From contig JBCCQY010000220.1 in assembly GCA_039208735.1 (NCBI GenBank), positions 1 through 12,074 of the forward strand: DNA of 12,074 nucleotides. Direction: 5' to 3'. How positions within the stretch are numbered: the stretch's first letter is position 1; every line of letters starts with the position of its first letter. Of this stretch, positions 1-6,389 are shown in pieces. The stretch is from Myxococcota bacterium (lineage in GTDB: Bacteria > Myxococcota_A > UBA796 > GCA-2862545). Both the position numbers and the translations under genes were made by a program. The notes beneath the pieces are model-generated. The model searched no databases and was not told the origin of the DNA. It worked only from the letters and a program-made list of their open reading frames with translations.

Positions 1-2
1 CC

Positions 3-257
3 AATGGCGGCTATCGCCTGGCCCGTCCCGCTCATGAGATCGTGCTCCAGGACGTGCTCGTCCGCCTGGACAGTCCGCTGTTCGGGGGGCCGGGCTTCTG
101 CAAAAACCATACGGGTCGCCTGTCGTCCTGTGTTCACGATGCGTCCTGCACCCTGCGGGGGTTGTGGACGGCCATCGACCGCGCCGTCGCCGACGTGCTC
201 GCGGGAATGACACTCGCCGATCTGATGATCGACCGGGCCATCGAGGAGGAAGCATGA
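3..257 (+). CDS. Rrf2-family transcriptional regulator (IscR/RirA-like, Fe-S binding), 5' truncated by window edge
   Basis: Frame 3 is open from base 3: [23 protein letters not shown]...[24 protein letters not shown]...TLADL. GGYxLARP and TLADL are Rrf2 hallmarks; three Cys codons at 99, 129 and 147; stop TGA (255-257) overlaps the sufB ATG (ATGA). Confidence 0.92.
   Translation, partial: NGGYRLARPAHEIVLQDVLVRLDSPLFGGPGFCKNHTGRLSSCVHDASCTLRGLWTAIDRAVADVLAGMTLADLMIDRAIEEEA
243..250 (+). promoter_or_regulatory. Shine-Dalgarno for sufB
   Basis: GAGGAGGA just upstream of ATG at 254. Confidence 0.75.
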
Positions 258-1687
258 GCGACGCCGAACAGCTCGTCGCGGAGCGTAGTGAGTACAAGTA
301 CGGCTTCGTCAGCGACTTCGAGGCAGACACCCTGCCGCCTGGTCTGGACGAGACCGTCGTCCGCTTCATCTCCGCCAAGAAAGAGGAGCCCGAGTGGCTC
401 TTGGAGTGGCGTCTCAAGGCGTTTCGTCAGTGGCAAAAGATGGTCGAGCCGCATTGGCCTCACTTCGACTACGGGCCCATCGACTACCAGGGCGTAAGCT
501 ACTACTCGGCCCCTAAGAAGGGCCCCGAGAGTCTCGACGAAGTCGATCCCGAGATCCTTGCGACCTTCGAGAAACTCGGCATTCCGCTTCACGAGCGGGC
601 CGCGTTGGCTGGGGTGGCCGTCGACGCCGTGATCGACTCGGTGAGCGTGGCCACCACGTTCCGCGACCAGCTCGCTGAGAAGGGCATCATCTTCATGTCG
701 TTTGGGGAGGCCGCCCGCGAGCATCCCGAACTCGTGAGGAAGTACCTCGGCACCGTGGTTCCGGTGACCGACAACTTCTTCGCGGCGCTGAACGCGGCCG
801 TGTTTTCGGATGGCACGTTCGTCTACATTCCCAAGGGCGTGAAGTGCCCGATGGAACTGTCGACGTATTTCCGAATCAATGAGGCAAACACGGGTCAGTT
901 CGAGCGCACGCTCATCATCGCAGACGAGGGCAGCTACGTCTCGTACCTCGAAGGCTGCACCGCTCCAATGCGCAAGGAGAACCAGCTCCACGCCGCCGTC
1001 GTCGAACTCGTGGCTCACGATGACGCGAAGATCAAGTACTCGACCGTGCAAAACTGGTACCCCGGCGACAAGGATGGCCAGGGCGGCGTCTACAACTTCG
1101 TCACGAAGCGAGGGCTGTGCCAGGGCAAGCGGTCGCACATCAGCTGGACCCAGGTGGAAACCGGCTCCGCCATCACCTGGAAGTACCCGAGCTGCATCCT
1201 GCAGGGCGACGACTCGGTGGGCGAATTCTACTCGGTGGCCTTGACCAACAACCGTCAGATGGCTGACACGGGCACAAAGATGGTGCACCTGGGCAAGAAC
1301 ACCACGTCGACCATCGTGAGCAAGGGCATCAGCGCAGGTCATGGCCAGCAGGCCTACCGAGGGCTCGTCAAGATCAACAAAAAGGCGTCCGGCGCGCGCA
1401 ACTACACGCGGTGTGACTCCCTGCTCATCGGCGACCAGTCGGGCGCCCACACCTTCCCCTACGTGGATGTGCGGAACGGCACCACGACCGTCGAACACGA
1501 GGCGAGTACCTCGAAAATCGGCGAAGACCAGCTCTTCTACCTGCGGCAGCGTGGGCTGTCGGAAGAGGAGTCGGTCTCGATGGTGGTCAATGGTTTCTGT
1601 CGCGAGGTTTTCAAGGAGCTGCCGATGGAATTCGCCGTCGAAGCTCGCAAGCTCCTCGAGGTCTCGCTCGAAGGCGCGGTCGGCTAG
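254..1687 (+). CDS. sufB: Fe-S cluster assembly scaffold SufB (477 aa)
   Basis: Motifs YKYGF, [15 protein letters not shown], AVDAVx[80 protein letters not shown]-terminal SLEGAVG. Start placed at ATG 254 (SD plus ATGA overlap), not 164. Confidence 0.98.
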   Translation: MSDAEQLVAERSEYKYGFVSDFEADTLPPGLDETVVRFISAKKEEPEWLLEWRLKAFRQWQKMVEPHWPHFDYGPIDYQGVSYYSAPKKGPESLDEVDPEILATFEKLGIPLHERAALAGVAVDAVIDSVSVATTFRDQLAEKGIIFMSFGEAAREHPELVRKYLGTVVPVTDNFFAALNAAVFSDGTFVYIPKGVKCPMELSTYFRINEANTGQFERTLIIADEGSYVSYLEGCTAPMRKENQLHAAVVELVAHDDAKIKYSTVQNWYPGDKDGQGGVYNFVTKRGLCQGKRSHISWTQVETGSAITWKYPSCILQGDDSVGEFYSVALTNNRQMADTGTKMVHLGKNTTSTIVSKGISAGHGQQAYRGLVKINKKASGARNYTRCDSLLIGDQSGAHTFPYVDVRNGTTTVEHEASTSKIGEDQLFYLRQRGLSEEESVSMVVNGFCREVFKELPMEFAVEARKLLEVSLEGAVG

Positions 1688-1723
1688 CCCGCCTCCACGC
1701 TTCCTTTCTGGAGAATTCGTTTC

Positions 1724-2476
1724 ATGTTGCAGCTCATCGATCTGCACGCCGAGATCGAGGGCAAGCCCATCCTCAATGGGCTGTCCCTGACCATCGGCAA
1801 GGGTGAAGTCCACGCAGTGATGGGCCCGAATGCGTCTGGGAAATCCACGCTTTCGAAGGTCATCACGGGCCACCCCGACTACATCATCACGCAAGGCGAC
1901 GTGCGGTTCGAAGGCGAATCGATCCTCGAACTCGAGCCCGAGGAACGAGCGCATAAGGGGATCTTCTTGTCGTTCCAGCATCCGGTCGAAGTGCCGGGGG
2001 TGGCCAATGCGGAGTTCCTCAAGGAAGCCGTGAATGCCCACCGACGCGCCCGGGGCGAAGAAGAACTCGACTCGGCGGCCTTCCTCAAGCAGGCCCGGGC
2101 CACGATGCAGCTCGTGGAACTCGACAAGACGTTGCTTCGACGCAGCCTCAATGAAGGGTTCTCGGGCGGCGAAAAGAAGCGCAACGAGATCTTCCAGCTT
2201 GCGATGCTGCAGCCGAAGCTCGCCATCCTCGATGAGCCAGACTCAGGGCTCGACGTCGATGCGCTTCGAATCGTGGCCAATGGCGTGCAGCAGCTCCGCA
2301 ACGAAGACCGCGCGATGCTCGTGATTACGCATTATCAGCGGCTGCTCAACTACCTCACCCCCGACTTCACGCACGTGCTGGTGGACGGGCGCATCCTAAA
2401 GAGCGGCGGCCCTGAGCTTGCGAAAGAGGTCGAAGATCGTGGCTATCAGTGGGTCCGCGATGAGGCCGGAGCATGA
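1724..2476 (+). CDS. sufC: Fe-S cluster assembly ABC-type ATPase SufC (250 aa)
   Basis: Walker A GPNASGKST, Q-loop FQHPVEVPGV, signature LNEGFSGGEKKRNEI, Walker B LAILDEPDSGLD, H-loop ITHYQRLL; GGAG SD at 1710-1713; located between sufB and sufD. Confidence 0.98.
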   Translation: MLQLIDLHAEIEGKPILNGLSLTIGKGEVHAVMGPNASGKSTLSKVITGHPDYIITQGDVRFEGESILELEPEERAHKGIFLSFQHPVEVPGVANAEFLKEAVNAHRRARGEEELDSAAFLKQARATMQLVELDKTLLRRSLNEGFSGGEKKRNEIFQLAMLQPKLAILDEPDSGLDVDALRIVANGVQQLRNEDRAMLVITHYQRLLNYLTPDFTHVLVDGRILKSGGPELAKEVEDRGYQWVRDEAGA

Positions 2477-3687
2477 GGAAGGTCGACCAGTCTCGAGCCC
2501 ATGCGCTCGCCGCGGTCGCTCGCGAGGCCCTGCCCGACAGCCCCGCCCTCCGGGCCTTTCGGGAACGGGGCATCGCCGATCTCGAAACGGCCGGTCTGCC
2601 GGTGGGCCACGAAGCCTGGCGATTTACGCCTCCCAATCAGCTTGTCGCGCCCGAACTGACCGCGGTGGCGACCCCTGGCATGGCCCTGCCGAGGCCCGAC
2701 GGGCTTGGCGACGCTCCGTTTGCTCACTTTGTGGATGGATTTCCGCACGAAGCCACCCTCCCGCGGTTTTCCGACACCCAAGCCCCTCTCCCCGACGCCC
2801 AGGCCGGTGACGACGGCTTCGCCGCCCTCAATCGCGCCTTCTTTCAGGATGGCGTAGACCTCGTGCTGGAAGGCGATGCGCGAGGGGCCTACCACATCGT
2901 GCACCAAAGCACGGTTCCGCTTGGGCTGACGGCCAATCGTCATCGCATCTACGTCAAGTCGGGGGCCAAGGTTCAGCTCGTCGAGCATGTGCAAGGCACC
3001 GACGACCCCACATTTTCGACGCTGCTCACCGACGTCGTCGTGGAGGGCGGGGCGCGTGTGTCCTACGTCCGCATCAGCACGGGCGGACCGGGCACCCGCC
3101 AGACGGCTCGCATCACCGCAGAAATCCAAGAAGGGGCCCACTTTGCTGCGGGTAGCTTCATTATCGGCGGGCACACCACTCGCGTCGAGCTGACCGCCAA
3201 CCTGCGCGGCCCTGGCGCGGACGTCACATTCTTCGGCTTGGCCCTGCTTCGTGGCCAAAGCCACGCCGATCAGCACGTCACGGCCCGACATGCCATGCCT
3301 CATGCGACGAGCGACCAGGTGTTTCGTTCGATCGTAGACGGCACAAGCCAATCGATCTACACGGGCACTGTCATCGTCGACAAGGGCGCCCTCGGCACCG
3401 ACAGCAACCAGCTCCATCAAGCGTTGTTGCTTTCGGATGACGCTACGGTGCATGCCCGGCCCTGGCTCGAGATCTACGCCGATGACGTCAAGTGCGCCCA
3501 CGGCGCCACCGTTGGTTCGCTCGACGCGGACTCCCTGTTCTATCTTCGTCAGCGTGGGCTCACCGAGACCGAAGCGCGCGGCCTGCTGATGTGGGCCTTT
3601 GCGACGGGCACGGTGGAACAACTTCCCGAAGGCCCGGTCCGAGACGCGCTGTCGGACCAGGTCCGCCAATGGCTGGAGGCCTCGTGA
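2473..3687 (+). CDS. sufD: Fe-S cluster assembly protein SufD (404 aa)
   Basis: EAWRFT, FAALN, beta-helix region, [39 protein letters not shown] overlap with the sufC stop. Confidence 0.96.
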   Translation: MRKVDQSRAHALAAVAREALPDSPALRAFRERGIADLETAGLPVGHEAWRFTPPNQLVAPELTAVATPGMALPRPDGLGDAPFAHFVDGFPHEATLPRFSDTQAPLPDAQAGDDGFAALNRAFFQDGVDLVLEGDARGAYHIVHQSTVPLGLTANRHRIYVKSGAKVQLVEHVQGTDDPTFSTLLTDVVVEGGARVSYVRISTGGPGTRQTARITAEIQEGAHFAAGSFIIGGHTTRVELTANLRGPGADVTFFGLALLRGQSHADQHVTARHAMPHATSDQVFRSIVDGTSQSIYTGTVIVDKGALGTDSNQLHQALLLSDDATVHARPWLEIYADDVKCAHGATVGSLDADSLFYLRQRGLTETEARGLLMWAFATGTVEQLPEGPVRDALSDQVRQWLEAS

Positions 3688-4928
3688 GCCACGCCTTCGA
3701 CGTCACAAACGCCCCTCTCGATCTCGACGCGATTCGGGCCCAATTCCCCATCCTGTCGCGCGAGGTGGGCGGCAAGCCACTGGTCTACCTCGACAGCGCG
3801 GCGAGCGCCCAAAAGCCGCAGGCCGTCATCGACGCCATCGCGAACTACTACGCAACCGACCACGCCAACGTTCATCGCGGCGTGCACACCCTGTCTCAGG
3901 TCGCCACACAGGCCTACGAAGCAGGGCGTGAAGAAGCCGCTCGCTTCCTTTCTGCGCCGAGTTCGCGGGAAATCATCTTCGTGCGGGGCACCACCGAAGC
4001 CATCAACCTCGTCGCGGCGTCGTATGGGCAGTCCTTTCAGGAAGGCGACGAAATCGTGGTCTCAACCATCGAGCACCACAGCAACATCGTGCCCTGGCAG
4101 CTCGTAGCCGAGCGTACGGGAGCCCGGTTGCGGGTCATTCCCGTGTTGGACGATGGCTCGATCGACCTTGAAGCCTACGAGGGCTTGCTGTCCGAGCGGA
4201 CCAAAATGGTGTCGCTCGTCCATGTCAGCAACGCGCTCGGTACGGTGCTTCCGGTAAAGCAGATGACTGAGCGGGCCCATGCCGTCGGGGCCAAGGTGTT
4301 GCTGGACGGCGCCCAAGCCACCGTTCACGGTCCCGTCAACGTCCAGGACTTGGGCTGCGACTTCTATGCGTTCAGCGGCCACAAGGTGTACGGTCCCACG
4401 GGGATCGGCGTGCTGTGGGGCCGAGAAGCGCTCCTCGAAGCCCTGCCCCCTTACCAAGGCGGCGGTGAAATGATCGCCTCGGTGTCATTCGAAGGCAGCA
4501 CCTGGGCGGAATTGCCGGCCAAGTTCGAAGCTGGCACCCCAAACATTGCGGGCGCCGTGGGCCTTGGGGCGGCACTCCGGTGGCTCGATGAGCTGGATCG
4601 AGATCAAGTAGCCGCCTCCGAAGCGCAGGTGCTCGCCTACGGCACAGAGCGACTCCGCGCCCTGGACGGGCTCCGTTTGATCGGAACCGCTCCCCAAAAG
4701 GCGGGGGTGCTGTCGTTCGTGATCGACGGTGTGCACCCACAAGATCTAGCGACCCTACTCGACGAGCAAGGCGTGGCCGTACGCACGGGGCACCACTGCG
4801 CGGAGCCCGCCATGCGCAGGTTCGGGGTCACAGGAACGACCCGGGCCTCGCTTGGGGTCTACACCACCTCGGGCGAGATGGATGCCCTGGCCAACGGCAT
4901 CGAGCGCGCCTTGCGCATTCTACGCTGA
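3684..4928 (+). CDS. sufS: Group II cysteine desulfurase SufS (414 aa)
   Basis: YLDSAASAQKP, ANVHRGVH, EHHSNIVPWQ, PLP-lysine motif FSGHKVYGPTG, FEAGTP, catalytic RTGHHCA. Start placed at GTG 3684 (GGAGG upstream, GTGA overlap with the sufD stop), not 3492. Confidence 0.97.
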   Translation: MSHAFDVTNAPLDLDAIRAQFPILSREVGGKPLVYLDSAASAQKPQAVIDAIANYYATDHANVHRGVHTLSQVATQAYEAGREEAARFLSAPSSREIIFVRGTTEAINLVAASYGQSFQEGDEIVVSTIEHHSNIVPWQLVAERTGARLRVIPVLDDGSIDLEAYEGLLSERTKMVSLVHVSNALGTVLPVKQMTERAHAVGAKVLLDGAQATVHGPVNVQDLGCDFYAFSGHKVYGPTGIGVLWGREALLEALPPYQGGGEMIASVSFEGSTWAELPAKFEAGTPNIAGAVGLGAALRWLDELDRDQVAASEAQVLAYGTERLRALDGLRLIGTAPQKAGVLSFVIDGVHPQDLATLLDEQGVAVRTGHHCAEPAMRRFGVTGTTRASLGVYTTSGEMDALANGIERALRILR

Positions 4929-5852
4929 GAACGCCGAAAGCGCATCACCGCGAGCCTCGACCAAACGCACCCAAAGGGTCGCGATGTGCTCCCGCTGCAG
5001 CCCGATCCACTGGCCATCGGTCGAGGCGGCGAGTTCGGCGTTGAGTTCTTCCGAGGGCATGGTGGTTTGCGCGAGGTACCAGGCAATGCGGTTGGCGATC
5101 CGCAGCACGGCCACTTGCGGCCCGATCGGTCCCGATTCATTGTAGGCCCGCATCGGTTGATGATGCCACGCCACGATCTGGGGAATGGGATCGGGAATCT
5201 GCCACGCGCGAATCACCAATCCGCCGAGCACCGCATGGTCGTAGCCCAGAGCCTTGCGCTCCAACACATGCACGCCATCGGCCGATGCGATGTGGTCGGG
5301 CTTGAGCTGGGCGTAGTTGAACTCGCGAGTTTCCAGTAAGAGCAGTTTGCCAACATCGTGCAGCAGGCCTGCGATGTACATGGCATCGGCCCCTTGCAAC
5401 TCGAACGTTTGACCCAACACCCGTACGATGGCCGCGGTGATCGCACAGTGGTCGCGGACGGTGATGCCAAACCCCTTCACGTCGTGGAACATCTGCAGGG
5501 TGGCGGCGGACACGACGAGATCGCGGAGCTTGGTCGCGCCAAGCCTCACCACCGCCTGCCCGACTTCCTGGCAGGCCGCACCTCGTGCGTGCAGCGCGCT
5601 GTTCACGAGCCGTAGGGTCAGGGATGCAAGGGCCGGATCCGACTCCACGAGGTTCGCGACGCGCGCGGTCGAAAACTCGTCACTCGACAACTCGGCCAGC
5701 ACTTTGGACGCCACCGTGGGGAACGGCTTGAGTCCGCTGACCCGTGCGACTTCTGCGGCAAGGCTTGCCTTCGCCTCTTCGTCCGAGCTTGCTTCGTCGT
5801 CCAGTCCAAACCACAGCCGCTCGTCGATCTCGCTTGCCAGTTCCGTGGCCAT
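4920..5852 (-). CDS. Stand-alone HDOD domain signalling protein (310 aa)
   Basis: LKPFP, ESDPALASLTLRLVNSA, AVVRLG, AGLLHDVGKL, ERxALGYDHAVLG, WQIP, WHHQP are HDOD features; GAGAGGGG SD-like sequence upstream of the ATG. Confidence 0.93.
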   Translation of the reverse strand: MATELASEIDERLWFGLDDEASSDEEAKASLAAEVARVSGLKPFPTVASKVLAELSSDEFSTARVANLVESDPALASLTLRLVNSALHARGAACQEVGQAVVRLGATKLRDLVVSAATLQMFHDVKGFGITVRDHCAITAAIVRVLGQTFELQGADAMYIAGLLHDVGKLLLLETREFNYAQLKPDHIASADGVHVLERKALGYDHAVLGGLVIRAWQIPDPIPQIVAWHHQPMRAYNESGPIGPQVAVLRIANRIAWYLAQTTMPSEELNAELAASTDGQWIGLQREHIATLWVRLVEARGDALSAFSA

Positions 5853-5880
5853 GACCCCTCTCGTTTGGGGGCGACGGCAC

Positions 5881-5908
5881 GCCCCGACGCCTCATCGGCG
5901 TCAGGGGC
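5881..5908. other. GC-rich stem-loop between ferredoxin and HDOD genes
   Basis: GCCCC-GACGCC (5881-5891) pairs with GGCGTC-a-GGGGC (5897-5908): 11 bp with one bulge and a 5-nt loop. No downstream U-tract on either strand, so not called an intrinsic terminator. Confidence 0.6.
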
Positions 5909-5928
5909 AACAGCCTTGAGGCTTGCGC

Positions 5929-6237
5929 CTACAGCCCGAGCTGGGCCTTCTTTGCCTCGGCGGAGGGCAGCGGATCCGTCGATTCCGTGATGTTCTCGAT
6001 CCCGGACTCTGTCTTGTCGGCATTGACCTGAACCCAGCTCGTCAGGGCTGCCGGCAGATCTTCCTGCGCGTAGATCGCCTGAACGGGACAAGCCGGCTCA
6101 CAAGCGCCACAATCGATGCACTCGTCAGGGTGGATGTAGAGCATCCGGTCGTCCCCGTAAAAGCAATCGACAGGGCAAACCTCGACACAATCCGTGTAGC
6201 GGCAGTCCTGACAGTTTTCGGTGACCACGTAGGCCAT
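5929..6237 (-). CDS. fdxA: 7Fe ferredoxin ([3Fe-4S]+[4Fe-4S], Azotobacter FdI/FdxA type; 102 aa)
   Basis: [27 protein letters not shown]...[21 protein letters not shown]; nine Cys in the FdI pattern, the YTDC Asp and the C-terminal NITE..DPLP extension; GAGGAG SD 6 nt upstream. Confidence 0.95.
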   Translation of the reverse strand: MAYVVTENCQDCRYTDCVEVCPVDCFYGDDRMLYIHPDECIDCGACEPACPVQAIYAQEDLPAALTSWVQVNADKTESGIENITESTDPLPSAEAKKAQLGL

Positions 6238-6243
6238 GACAGT

Positions 6244-6249
6244 CTCCTC
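6244..6249 (-). promoter_or_regulatory. Shine-Dalgarno for ferredoxin
   Basis: GAGGAG on the minus strand, 6 nt before ATG at 6237. Confidence 0.8.
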
Positions 6250-6259
6250 GATGCAACAA

Positions 6260-6278
6260 CCCGATCCTTAGGGTCGAG
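6260..6278. promoter_or_regulatory. 19-bp imperfect palindrome, candidate Rrf2/IscR-type operator
   Basis: CCCGATCCT-T-AGGGTCGAG: 7 of 9 arm positions complementary; lies 23-41 nt upstream of the ferredoxin start. Confidence 0.4.
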
Positions 6279-6389
6279 CGATGAACCCATCTGTAAGTCT
6301 TTTCCTCGGCGACTGCCGCCCTGTCGTGCACGGTCACGTCCTGTGGGAATGGACTCCAACTTGGACCCTCGCGGCACGATGAGGGGACC

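Noticed and set aside
164..253. Arg-rich N-terminal extension of SufB in the ORF track
   Set aside because: Lies inside the Rrf2 gene; SD and ATGA overlap support the start at 254.
254..1687. Possible intein or selenocysteine recoding in SufB or the molybdoenzyme
   Set aside because: SufB is of normal length with contiguous motifs, and neither gene has an in-frame TGA.
134..2041. 635-aa minus-strand ORF antisense to sufB/sufC
   Set aside because: Shadow ORF expected from high-GC codon bias opposite conserved genes; no recognisable motifs.
2446..3669. 407-aa minus-strand ORF antisense to sufD
   Set aside because: Same shadow-frame effect; no domain signature.
3492..3683. N-terminal extension of SufS in the ORF track
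   Set aside because: Lies inside the conserved sufD 3' end; GGAGG plus GTGA overlap support the start at 3684.
6355..6365. Perfect 5-1-5 palindrome TCCAA-C-TTGGA upstream of the histidine kinase
   Set aside because: Short enough to arise by chance and matches no operator I can name; worth revisiting only if conserved.
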